A DNA stretch of 64,000 bases, taken from an uncultured delta proteobacterium. GTDB taxonomy: Bacteria > Desulfobacterota > Desulfobacteria > Desulfobacterales > SG8-13. The notes under the pieces are model-generated. The model ran no database searches. It had not been told where the DNA came from and saw only the letters and a program-made list of their open reading frames with translations. Where the stretch lies: positions 386,938 to 450,937 of the forward strand of contig CAWKCK010000018.1 of the NCBI GenBank assembly GCA_963848135.1, in the 5' to 3' direction. Made by a program: the position numbers and the translations under genes. Below, in pieces: positions 10,014-20,027 of this stretch (position 1 is the first letter of the stretch; the number at the start of each line of letters is the position of its first letter).

Positions 10014-11081
10014 TTAATTGGCCTTTGGTGATACGGGTTCGCTAATTTTACCATAGACCCGAATACTAATTTTCGGTTTAATCCGGCTGTCGGTCGTCAG
10101 GTAAATTGTATCGTAGAAGCGTCCGGTCGTCTGCTTCAAATTCTCCACTGTCAACAGGTAGGCGTTTTGACGGGACTGCTTGTCCTCGCTGACATGATAC
10201 CGGATCTCTTTTCCCATCTGCGCCTTTGTATCGATTATCTTGAACGGATAGTTTTCTTCGGGAACAATCCTCACCGTTTCTTTCACTGCCGCACCAATCG
10301 TACCAAAAAGCTTCACATTTTGAGGCGTTATGGTTGCAAATACCTTGACTGGCCCGCTGATGGACAGCTGTGTCTCGGCACGCCGGGGATCGTTGGTTAA
10401 CACCCGGATGGTTTTGTGGAGTGCTTTTCCGCCGTATCCGTCGGTGTTGACCTTAATCGCAATTTTACCCTCGCCACCGGGAGGGATTTGTCTCGAAAAA
10501 GAGACCGCCGTGCACCCTCACCCGGTTTTGACCTCTTTGATAAGAAGCTCCGCCGTCCCCGTATTCCGGACGACATAATCGTGGCGAACCTCCATCCCAT
10601 CCACAATCGGTTCAAACTCATGGCGGGTGGAGAGAAATTCCGCAACCGGATAGCCCGATCTGGATTTAACGATTTCGATCCGGTCGTTATTGACTGTCTC
10701 ATCCTTTGTTTTTCTCTCAACAAGGGGCCGCGTGCTGCCATATCCCACCGGGTCGATACGGCTGGCCTCAACCCCATGGGCGACAAACCAGTTGAAAATA
10801 GCCTGGGATCGACGACGTGTGAGACGTAAGTCATTGTCCGGTTCAGCGGTAGCATCGACATGACTTTCGATAGTCATCCGCAGTGACGGATCCGATTGCA
10901 TTTGTTCCAGAAGCGGCTGCAACGAGGGGATTGCCGCTTTCTCCAGCATGGTTGATTCCTTGTCGAATGTGACCCCTTCGAGGATGGTTCGATCACCGAT
11001 CGATTGGTCTGCAAATGCACCGATGGAGGATATACTGGCAAAACAACAAAAGATGAAACTGATCAAAACGATTCGCATCAA
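10014..11081 (-). CDS. OmpA-domain / DUF1573-domain fusion, probable selenoprotein (Sec at TGA 10518-10520)
   Basis: Track ORFs 10518..11081 and 10014..10403 are in one frame separated by a single TGA; readthrough gives VKTG-U-GCTAVSFSRQIPPGGEGKIAIKVNT, the DUF1573 CGC motif; hairpin GTCTC-TTTTTC-GAGAC 3' of the TGA; signal peptide and OmpA C-terminal motifs upstream. Confidence 0.85.
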
Positions 11082-11110
11082 CTATCTCCTTGGTTCGTCC
11101 GTATTCCGGA

Positions 11111-13567
11111 TCACATCATAAAATAGGGGTCGACGTCGACGGCCACGCTGAACCCCCGCTGATTGAACATCGCCGGGTTTTCAGCCAACAGCCGGCGGGT
11201 AAACCGGTGAAGCGTTTTTACGTGTTGACCTTTGAGCAGAATCTGCCAGCGATATTTGCCGGCAATTCGGGTCAATGCGGCTTCGATCGGCCCCATCACC
11301 TCAACGGTATTTTGAAAACGGCCCTCGCGCCGCCGCAATCGATGGCAAATCTGGCCGATCGATCCCGCCAGAGCCTCGGTTTTCCGTTTGTCACGTCCAG
11401 CAATTTTCAACTGTATTATCCTCGAAAATGGCGGATAATTCAAGGCGCTTCGGAAACTGATCTCCTGTTCGTAAAAAGATTTGAAATCCTGCTTTTGCGC
11501 AGCGAGAATACTGAAATGCTCGGGATTGTATGTCTGAAGTATCACCCGGCCGGAAGCATCGCCCCGCCCGGCCCGTCCGGAAACTTGGGCCAGAAGTTGA
11601 AACGTTCGCTCGCTGGCTCGAAAATCCGGAAAACTCATGGAAAGATCCGCACAGATAATCCCTACCAACGTAATATTTGGGAAATCATGGCCCTTGGCCA
11701 CCATCTGGGTACCGACAAGAACATCGATGCCTCCGTTTCTGAGTTCCTTCAGAAGGCGAACAATGGCACCTTTGCGGGTGGTGGTGTCCCGGTCCATTCT
11801 GGCCACACGCGCCTCAGGAAACAGTTCCCCAACGGCGGACTCGATTTTCTCTGTCCCCAGACCCAAATGGCTTATGCGATTCGAGCCGCAGGCATCGCAG
11901 GCGAGCAGTGCCGGACGGCTGAAACCGCAGTAATGACATCGCAGGGCATTAGCCTTCTGGTGCAAAGTCAGGGAAATGTCGCAGTGTCTGCATTTGACCG
12001 TTTGGCCACAGTCCCGGCAGACGGGGAAATTGGCAAATCCGCGCCGATTCAAAAAAAGCAACACCTGCTCTTTCCGAATCAGACTCTCCGCCATGGCCTG
12101 GCGCAACTCGGTTGTGATGAATCGCCCGATTCCCCGCAAATCCCTGTTTTTACGCATATCAACCACGGTGATCTCCGGCAAGGATCGTTCTTTTACCCGT
12201 TTATCCATAGTGAGCTCGACAAATTTATTCCGACGGGCATTGTAGTATGACTGAATCGAAGGCGTGGCCGATCCGAGCAGGGCGATGCCCTGGTCGAGTT
12301 TGGCCCTGACCATCGCCAAATCTCGCGCGTTGTAACGTAAGCTTCCCTCTTGCTTGTAAGATGTGTCGTGCTCCTCATCGACAACGATTAGCCCCACACG
12401 GGAAAAAGGAGCAAATATTGCTGATCGGGCGCCAATGGCAATGGTCACCTCTCCGCGTTGAATCCGCAACCACTGGTCATAACGCTCACCATAGGACAGA
12501 CCGCTATGAAGTATCGCCACTTGCTCTCCGAATCGCGCACGAAAACGCCTTTCCATCTGGGAAATCAGGGCAATTTCGGGAATGAGGACAATAACCGGCA
12601 ATTTCCTGCGGACAAACTCGGCGGCCAGCTGCATATATACCTCGGTTTTGCCGCTGCCCGTAACGCCGGCGAGAAGAAAGGCGCTGAATCCTGTTCCGAT
12701 GGCACCGATCACCCGCTCTACGGCCGTGTGTTGGCCTTGGTTGAGAAAAAACGGTGTGTCTGCCGTGACGGTATCGCCGAAGGGGTCGCGGTAAACCGAC
12801 TTGCGCGTAATCGATAGATATCCCGCATCAACCAGAGCGTTGATGGTGTGGTTGGTCGTCCGAACATCAGCTTTCAATGCCTTGGCCGAAATCTCACCGG
12901 CAGCGATCACCCATTCGCAAATTTTTTTTCGCTGTCCGGTAAGGACGTTCGGTTCCGGCGGCGACTGTCCGAATGTCACAAACGGTTCGGTTCGGGGCCC
13001 GATCCGGTCACCTTTCAATTCGCGGGTGATGGTAATCCAGTTACGGTCCTGCATGGAATCGAAAAACCTGCGTGACACCCTGTGCGGCAATGCGGTGCGA
13101 ATGTCTTTCAACCGCCTGTCTCCGTTTCCCAAGAGCGTGAGGACCGCTCTTTCGGCATCCTCCAGTACCTCTGTTTCGAGCGCTTTTCGTCCGGCGTCGG
13201 TAACGGAAAGCATAATAAAGTCATTAATATTCAACCCACCGGGCAACGCACACTTTATGACCTCGCCGATGGGGTGGATATAGTAATCGGCGACCCAACG
13301 GAAAAAAGGAATCATCGACGGCGGGAAGAGGGCGGTGTCGTCCGGTATATCCAAAATCGGTTTGATATCTTTTTGCGGCGGCGGCAGATGCGCGCCGAGC
13401 ACGTAGCCTGTAACACGCCGCTTCCCGAAAGGAACCAAAACGCGCATACCGGTTTCGATGCCTTCGGCGAATTTTTCCGGTATACAGTATGTAAAGGTCT
13501 GGTAAACGGGAAGGGCTATGGCGACTTCTATGAATCGCTGCTCGTGGTGCATATAAAAATCCATCAC
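11111..13567 (-). CDS. priA: primosomal protein N'
   Basis: GVTGSGKTEVY, DEEHD, SATPS, LNRRGF, Cys-rich zinc motifs, GTQMVAKGHDFP, GRAGR. Confidence 0.98.
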   Translation of the reverse strand: MMDFYMHHEQRFIEVAIALPVYQTFTYCIPEKFAEGIETGMRVLVPFGKRRVTGYVLGAHLPPPQKDIKPILDIPDDTALFPPSMIPFFRWVADYYIHPIGEVIKCALPGGLNINDFIMLSVTDAGRKALETEVLEDAERAVLTLLGNGDRRLKDIRTALPHRVSRRFFDSMQDRNWITITRELKGDRIGPRTEPFVTFGQSPPEPNVLTGQRKKICEWVIAAGEISAKALKADVRTTNHTINALVDAGYLSITRKSVYRDPFGDTVTADTPFFLNQGQHTAVERVIGAIGTGFSAFLLAGVTGSGKTEVYMQLAAEFVRRKLPVIVLIPEIALISQMERRFRARFGEQVAILHSGLSYGERYDQWLRIQRGEVTIAIGARSAIFAPFSRVGLIVVDEEHDTSYKQEGSLRYNARDLAMVRAKLDQGIALLGSATPSIQSYYNARRNKFVELTMDKRVKERSLPEITVVDMRKNRDLRGIGRFITTELRQAMAESLIRKEQVLLFLNRRGFANFPVCRDCGQTVKCRHCDISLTLHQKANALRCHYCGFSRPALLACDACGSNRISHLGLGTEKIESAVGELFPEARVARMDRDTTTRKGAIVRLLKELRNGGIDVLVGTQMVAKGHDFPNITLVGIICADLSMSFPDFRASERTFQLLAQVSGRAGRGDASGRVILQTYNPEHFSILAAQKQDFKSFYEQEISFRSALNYPPFSRIIQLKIAGRDKRKTEALAGSIGQICHRLRRREGRFQNTVEVMGPIEAALTRIAGKYRWQILLKGQHVKTLHRFTRRLLAENPAMFNQRGFSVAVDVDPYFMM

Positions 13568-13694
13568 CGGTTTTTCTTTAGGAACCGGCTTCAGGTTATT
13601 ATTTGCTAACCGTCTGACAGTATAGTATAATAATTAAAAATCGACTGGATGCCAGCAAAGGTGCCAGCACCGCAATACGCTTAAGGAGGACTAT

Positions 13695-13997
13695 ATGCAT
13701 AAACTCGTCAAACATTCCATCGTTCTTTTGATAGCCCTTTCCGTAGTTATCGTTCCCCTCAGCAGCCAGGTCCTGGCCCAAGCCGAGGTGGACACCAAGG
13801 AACCCAGTGCCGGTTCCATGACATACGACTTGATCGTCATGCGGCCTCTGGGTGCTGCGGCCACCATCCTTGGCGCCGGAGTGTGGGTCGTTGCACTTCC
13901 ATTTACCGCCATTGCCAAAAACATCCCGATAGCATCCCAAAAGCTGGTAAAAGATCCCTTCCATTTTACCTTTAATAGACCGCTGGGAACTTGGTAA
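13695..13997 (+). CDS. secreted/membrane hypothetical protein
   Basis: AAGGAGG RBS; signal peptide; 'DLIVMRPLG...ALPF...FTFNRPLG' pattern. Confidence 0.8.
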   Translation: MHKLVKHSIVLLIALSVVIVPLSSQVLAQAEVDTKEPSAGSMTYDLIVMRPLGAAATILGAGVWVVALPFTAIAKNIPIASQKLVKDPFHFTFNRPLGTW

Positions 13998-14022
13998 GCA
14001 CCATCCAGCCCCATTTGCGTTC

Positions 14023-14049
14023 TTGACAAAACGGCGTTTTGCGTATAAT
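14023..14049 (+). promoter_or_regulatory. sigma70-like promoter upstream of upp
   Basis: TTGACA 14023-28 and TATAAT 14044-49; spacer is only 15 nt. Confidence 0.45.
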
Positions 14050-14383
14050 CCATGCCCCAAAATAAGCAGGGAGCCGGGCCACGGTTACGTGTGTCCGCGC
14101 CCTGCCCTTCCGTTTTTCAATTAATTCAAAAAGTTCAACGCATTATCAAGTGCCCATCCCCTCATGTTTGATGGCACCAATGAGTTGGCCAACGCATTGG
14201 TGAGATTTTTTACTGGGCACATCCGCACAAAGATTTGTGGTGTGACGGACTAAACGTCGACCACAACCGGTAACCGGCAGAATGACATCCAACGTTTTTA
14301 AGGGTATTGGATGGCCACGAACTCGTTTCGTCACGGCGAAACGCACTTACACGGGTAACCGTGGACAACAATAAGGAGGCGCT

Positions 14384-15010
14384 GTGTCAGTTCACGTGGT
14401 GGAGCATCCTCTTATCAAGCACAAATTGGGGCTGATGAGGGAGCACAAAATTACGACCAAGGACTTTCGGGATCTTGCCTCCGAACTGGGTAATTTACTC
14501 ACCTACGAGGCGACCAAAGACCTGGAAACTGAAAAAGAGGTTATTCAGGGATGGGCCGGACCGGTGAATGTCGAGAGAATAAAAGGTAAAAAAATCACCG
14601 TTGTGCCAATCCTGCGGGCAGGTATTGGCATGCTTAACGGGGTCCTTAACCTGATCCCTTCGGCCCGGGTCAGTGTTGTCGGCCTCTACCGCAACGAAGA
14701 CACCCTCGAACCGGTCAGATATTATGTCAAACTGACCGGAGCCATCGAGGAACGGATTGCACTGATTCTCGACCCCATGTTGGCCACCGGCGGAACCGTG
14801 GTAGAAACCATCAGCTTGTTAAAGCAAGCCGGGTGTAAGGTTATCAAAGGTTTATTCCTGGTGGCCGCACCGGAGGGTATCCGGCGGGTTGAGGAGCAGC
14901 ACCCTGATGTGGATGTTTACGTGGCCGCAGTTGACGATGCACTCAATGATATCGGCTACATATTGCCGGGGCTCGGAGATGCCGGCGATAAAATATTCGG
15001 CACAAAATAG
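14384..15010 (+). CDS. upp: uracil phosphoribosyltransferase
   Basis: [54 protein letters not shown] start. Confidence 0.98.
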   Translation: MSVHVVEHPLIKHKLGLMREHKITTKDFRDLASELGNLLTYEATKDLETEKEVIQGWAGPVNVERIKGKKITVVPILRAGIGMLNGVLNLIPSARVSVVGLYRNEDTLEPVRYYVKLTGAIEERIALILDPMLATGGTVVETISLLKQAGCKVIKGLFLVAAPEGIRRVEEQHPDVDVYVAAVDDALNDIGYILPGLGDAGDKIFGTK

Positions 15011-15368
15011 CTTCGGTGCAACTCTTTACGAGGGTACTGCTGCCCGTTCGATCATTGGTTTCCGTCCCCAGGCGGCCGATTCACACAATTTCAGCGTCAA
15101 TCGCGCCCAAGGCGGGCACATCGGCAGAATCTTTTGTGCGGCGTTCCCGAGTAAGCCTTCACGCATATGATTGCTTGCCTTGAATTTGAAGGAAATTGCA
15201 CCTTTCTGGACCAAAAACTGCTCAGTGCTCTTTATAAAACCGCGGATGGTCAGCAATTAACCGCGACTTGACCGCGCCGCCGCCTCTTGAAACTGGATTT
15301 TCAGCCGACCCTCACTGCTGTTGAGAAGTCACTCACCGAACAGAGAACCGAGAGAGGAGAAATACGCC

Positions 15369-16604
15369 ATGCCCCAAGATCCTGCATCCGCAGAAAACCG
15401 TTTCAGCCTGAAGATTCCCATCGTCGGCGCCCAGATTCTCTTTGTCGCCTTCGGTGCGCTGGTGCTGGTTCCGCTACTGACCGGTTTGGACCCAAACGTT
15501 GCCCTGTTCACGGCTGGGGCCGGTACCCTGGTGTTTCAGTTGGTAACAAAGCGGATGGTACCGATATTTCTGGCCTCTTCCTTCGCTTTTATTGCCCCTA
15601 TCATCTATGGTGTTCAAACGTGGGGGATTCCATCGACGCTTTGCGGTTTGGCTGCAGCCGGTGTAGTTTATGTTTTACTGAGCCTCGGTATAAAATTGTT
15701 CGGAAGTGAATTTCTGGAACGCGTGCTGCCCCCTGTGGTCGTTGGCCCTGTTATCATGGTAATCGGGCTGATCCTGGCGCCTGTGGCCGTCCACATGGCC
15801 ATGGGCCGGACCGGCGATGGGTCGGCAGTCCTGGTACCGGAAAAAACCGCCCTGATCATTTCAATGGTGACCCTTGCCACCACAATCCTCGTCTCCCTTC
15901 TCGGCCGCGGAATGCTGCGCCTGATACCCATCCTTATCGGAATAGGCGCCGGTTACATCATCAGTATCGCCTTCGGATTGATCAATATGACACCGGTTAC
16001 CGAGGCCGCGTGGCTCGCGATGCCCAATTTCGTCTTCCCCGAGTGGAACCTGAAAGCGGTCCTTTTCATCGTCCCGGTGGCCATCGCACCGGCCATCGAA
16101 CACTTCGGAGACATCCTGGCCATCGGTAACGTCACCGGCAAGGACTACATCAAATCACCGGGTATTCATCGCACCATGCTTGGTGACGGATTGGCCACCA
16201 TGCTTGCTTCGTTCCTGGGCGGACCGCCGAACACGACTTATTCCGAGGTGACCGGTGCTGTTACCCTCACGAAAATGTACAACCCGGTTGTCATGACATG
16301 GGCCGCTGCGATTGCCATTCTGCTGGCCTTCGTAGGTAAGCTGGGCGCTCTGCTCCAGACCATCCCGGTGCCTGTCATGGGCGGTATCATGCTCTTGCTC
16401 TTTGGAGCGATTACGGTCGTGGGCCTGAACACCCTGGTCAAAGCCGGCAATGACCTTACCGAAGCCCGCAATCTGATTATCGTTGCAGTCATTCTGGTGT
16501 TCGGAATTGGGGGCATGTCCCTTTTTACTCTCGGGGGTATCGGACTGGCCGGGATCGTTGGGGTCCTTTTGAATCTTATACTGCCGAGACCAAAGCGGGA
16601 TTGA
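15369..16604 (+). CDS. uraA: uracil/xanthine permease (NCS2 family)
   Basis: GAQILFVAFGALVLVP, ASSFAFI, EHFGD, GGPPNTTYSE; downstream of upp. Confidence 0.93.
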   Translation: MPQDPASAENRFSLKIPIVGAQILFVAFGALVLVPLLTGLDPNVALFTAGAGTLVFQLVTKRMVPIFLASSFAFIAPIIYGVQTWGIPSTLCGLAAAGVVYVLLSLGIKLFGSEFLERVLPPVVVGPVIMVIGLILAPVAVHMAMGRTGDGSAVLVPEKTALIISMVTLATTILVSLLGRGMLRLIPILIGIGAGYIISIAFGLINMTPVTEAAWLAMPNFVFPEWNLKAVLFIVPVAIAPAIEHFGDILAIGNVTGKDYIKSPGIHRTMLGDGLATMLASFLGGPPNTTYSEVTGAVTLTKMYNPVVMTWAAAIAILLAFVGKLGALLQTIPVPVMGGIMLLLFGAITVVGLNTLVKAGNDLTEARNLIIVAVILVFGIGGMSLFTLGGIGLAGIVGVLLNLILPRPKRD

Positions 16605-17342
16605 CGGCGAATATGCCCGCCTATGAATCATAGAATCGCGTTCATAGCCGATATCACCCATAAGCCTCGCGGTTTCTGCAACACATTCGTGCCCATCCAA
16701 GAATTGGAGATGGCAATGTCGGGTGTCTATCGATAGCCACCAAAATGGGTGGAGAAGGTTGAAGCATGGTGATTTGAAATTCTTTTTTACAAAAAAAGGG
16801 CGACCACTTCTGCTGCTATCACCCTGCATATCAGGATAAGATTTGTCTATCTCAAAACAATCGACTTTATGATAGCTGCAAGACCATAGCAACACGCTGT
16901 CGATCATATATATATGATACTTTGAAGTAATCTTGATTTTTTTTGACACAATTCCGGTGCAAGTAGATTGATCTAATACGTAACAAATCCTGATTTTTCT
17001 ATTATTATTGATATCTTATAGCCTATTTACCTGCCTCAAAATTTACTGATTGTCAAGGACATTCTGCCGGCCCTCCATCATCCAGGGCTTCGTCAGGTAA
17101 TGGGGAGTTTGCTGAGCCGACCGCTTTATGATCTTCTGCATGGCCTGGTAGTTGGCCTTCTTTGTTTCTGAGTTTTGAAAAGTTTCACTTAATAGATAGT
17201 AACGTGACGAGTAAACAATCGTGTGGTATGCTCTTACTATCGTTAAGATCCTTATAATTTATAGATTGATGGCCGGCGGTGGCCCCCAACTTATCCAGTT
17301 CATCATGAGCGGTAGGAGTCCTTTGGCGAGTCGGTAATGCGC

Positions 17343-18458
17343 TCAACCGCCCAGCCATCTGGAAAAGAAAACCACGGGTTTGTATCTCCAGCCGCTGTCT
17401 CTGACAATCTGCATAACGGGGCTCTTCATTTCAGCACTGTTGAATGTATACCGGTAGGCATTGTCAATTGCCAGGCGGCCCTCTTTATAAACCAATCCAT
17501 AATGGGTCTCATATTCCTTTTGGAAAAAAACAATTCCCCGGAAAAAACTAAAACTGAAGCCAAGGTGCAAGGTACCCGCATCTGCTGAACCGCGGACCGT
17601 CTTTGAAATATCGATTGCACGGCATGCTGCATCTTCCCCGGAGAGTTTAATGCGTATTATCTGAGTGCGTTTTATCTTATTCAGGGTCAGGAGCCCTGCC
17701 CATTTGGCATCAGCCAGACGCCAGACAATGTCCATCTTCCCTTTTTTCCCCTCGATAACCTGCAGCGGAGAATCCGTTTCGTTAATCGCCAGCAACCGCT
17801 GTCTGAGTTCAGATTCACTGACAGGCTCAATGCCGGGCGTTGGTAGTACTGTTGCCGACCAGGAGGCTACCCGACCCCATAGGGGAACGAGAAGAAGGAC
17901 ATACAATAAAATAGAAATTACGATTTGCGGTATGTACTTGTCGGTATAGGCGATATCAGTAAAGATATTCGCTTCAGGGTTGCGAATCATCAATGCCGAT
18001 CTGTTGATCGCCTGATCAACTGACGGATAATTCTTGCCTTCAACGTGGACGATAATCCCATCCAAGAGTTTAATTCGGCCCGCAACTCCCAATTCCTTCT
18101 TTTTATAGTTGTAATAACCGATCCCGCTACTGCGAGATAAAATCTCTTGTAGATATTGCTCGGCATAATTCTTAAATATGGATTTAGCCTGCTCCGCATC
18201 GCGCGGAACCATGACAAAAGCAGTCGTGTTGGTATCTTTTGCCTTCAGGCCGGCCTGCATTTCGGGGTAGCTGTATCGGTTTTTCATTGGCAAATCGGGA
18301 AAGATTTTTTCAGGATATCGGAAGTTTCCAGCGGAGATCTCTGCCACACGTTTATCAAGTGTATATTTCGCTGGCGCCAACAGAAAACAAATTAAAAACA
18401 GGACAAAAACAAGAAAAATTGAGCCAAAGAAGAAACAGAAGGCGAGAAAAACTTTCAT
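17343..18458 (-). CDS. hypothetical membrane protein (two TM segments)
   Basis: Long ORF (track start 18602; ATG 18458 preferred) with two hydrophobic helices; downstream of the OmpA gene. Confidence 0.75.
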   Translation of the reverse strand: MKVFLAFCFFFGSIFLVFVLFLICFLLAPAKYTLDKRVAEISAGNFRYPEKIFPDLPMKNRYSYPEMQAGLKAKDTNTTAFVMVPRDAEQAKSIFKNYAEQYLQEILSRSSGIGYYNYKKKELGVAGRIKLLDGIIVHVEGKNYPSVDQAINRSALMIRNPEANIFTDIAYTDKYIPQIVISILLYVLLLVPLWGRVASWSATVLPTPGIEPVSESELRQRLLAINETDSPLQVIEGKKGKMDIVWRLADAKWAGLLTLNKIKRTQIIRIKLSGEDAACRAIDISKTVRGSADAGTLHLGFSFSFFRGIVFFQKEYETHYGLVYKEGRLAIDNAYRYTFNSAEMKSPVMQIVRDSGWRYKPVVFFSRWLGG

Positions 18459-18629
18459 TTTGTTTTTCCAGGTAAAGAGGACCAAAATTGAGTCATTGCC
18501 GACTAACCTGCCATTCGTAAATCTCACGGGTATTTTTTTGCAGATCATCCTCCGGTTGCCGCAGGGTCTCGGCACATCTGCCGGACGTAAAGCGTATCCC
18601 ACAGATTAAAGTTTGATGGAAATAGCACA

Positions 18630-20027
18630 TCATTTCATTTTAACTTTCGTTGTAAACTTCGTGCTTTGACCAGAATTCTGATCGTGGACCACCGTCTGCA
18701 CGTCATAATCCCCCGGTGGGGCATCGGTAAGCCAGTAGGTCAACTCAAGCTGGAAGTCCGTTTTCTGCATGGGTGAAATGAGTTCAAACTTCCCGAAATT
18801 CTGCTGACCGGCTAGTATTTCACCTTCTCGAAGGAAATAAACATCCGTCGTGATATTAATAGAATAGGAATCTCCAACCGGCTTCATTTTGTAGCCGACA
18901 AGATGCGCAATGAAATGCATCTTTTCTCCGGAACCAAATGTGTTGTTCTTCCTGGTTTCGTAGATCTTCATGTCTTCAACAAGTCTTACATTCTTTATGG
19001 TCAGAGGCACCTCATCCCATATAGATAAAACTCCAATTCTTAAATTATCAACCGCTTCAACCGTGTCACCCTCCCTGAAAGATACTATTGCGGCATCCAG
19101 CAGAGTCTCAAATTCACTACCTGGCTGAACCCCAGCGGTATGTTTCTGCACAGACGATGGAATTAAAGTTTGTACTGCGTCCTGGCTACCCATCTCCACC
19201 AACTCCACTCTCCGATTAAGCGCTTTCCCTTCCTCTGTTCTGTTCGTGCTAATTGGCGATAAAGGGCCAACGCCCTCCGCCTTGAGACGCTTTGGAGAGA
19301 TACTGTATTTCTTAATTAATTGATCTGCTATCGCTTGAGCTCGTTTGCGGGATAGCTCCAGATTGTATGCTGGCTCGCCGGTGGCGTCGGTATGGCCAAC
19401 CACATAAACATTAAGATTCTTGTTCGCCTTCAGCATTTTTTCGATCACTTCAATGGCAGGTTCAGACTCGGGTTTAACAACATAGCTGTCATGGTCAAAG
19501 TAAATCCCGTAAACAGTGAAATGCCCAGTTGTGTTAATGTCACTTGCCATGGCATCGGGGTCCGCTATCACCTCTTGCTCCATAACAGCGGTTTGAACAA
19601 TGATTAAACTATAGTTGTCTCCGGTAGTAGTAGTTGCGGTGTTCAGTTCAATCCAAGTTTGCCTGCCTGCTTTGTCAACTTTCATGAAGCAATGTCCGCC
19701 TTCTTTAAGAACATGGCCACCGATTTTCTTGACTGCATTGATATAGTTTTTCTTAATTTTGAGTACACCCGCTGGCGCAAGACCTTTTTTGATTTTATAA
19801 CTTATCTGCCATTTATGACCCTCGATGACTTGCTTTCTCCCCTTTTCATCGTAAAAATTGTGAGAATCGTATTCAACTTCCTGGCAGCTTGAGATATAAA
19901 AATTCTGTATTCTGGAAAGCATTGGATGATCTCTGCATCCCTTATAGTCGTCCTGGGCGTAGGATAAGCCCAGCATGATAAGAAGCACAATTGTCATAGC
20001 CATTTGTAATATTTTGATTGTCCTCAT
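18630..20027 (-). CDS. OmpA family protein (signal peptide, DUF4892-like N-domain, OmpA domain, extra C-terminal domain)
   Basis: AGGAGG RBS; DHPMLSR; GIYFD..GHTDATG..NLELSRKRAQA..NRRVELVE. Confidence 0.88.
   Translation of the reverse strand: MRTIKILQMAMTIVLLIMLGLSYAQDDYKGCRDHPMLSRIQNFYISSCQEVEYDSHNFYDEKGRKQVIEGHKWQISYKIKKGLAPAGVLKIKKNYINAVKKIGGHVLKEGGHCFMKVDKAGRQTWIELNTATTTTGDNYSLIIVQTAVMEQEVIADPDAMASDINTTGHFTVYGIYFDHDSYVVKPESEPAIEVIEKMLKANKNLNVYVVGHTDATGEPAYNLELSRKRAQAIADQLIKKYSISPKRLKAEGVGPLSPISTNRTEEGKALNRRVELVEMGSQDAVQTLIPSSVQKHTAGVQPGSEFETLLDAAIVSFREGDTVEAVDNLRIGVLSIWDEVPLTIKNVRLVEDMKIYETRKNNTFGSGEKMHFIAHLVGYKMKPVGDSYSINITTDVYFLREGEILAGQQNFGKFELISPMQKTDFQLELTYWLTDAPPGDYDVQTVVHDQNSGQSTKFTTKVKMK

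Noticed and set aside
10014..11081. Two separate genes or a pseudogene
   Set aside because: The single TGA falls on a conserved Cys position with a downstream hairpin; Sec readthrough explains it better.
11090..12250. Long antisense ORFs (also 35787-36989, 31140-31895, 55487-56530, 9166-9894)
   Set aside because: Shadow ORFs on the strand opposite well-supported genes, with no recognisable motifs.
17044..17180. Possible transposase C-terminal fragment on the minus strand
   Set aside because: Too short and without a diagnostic motif.
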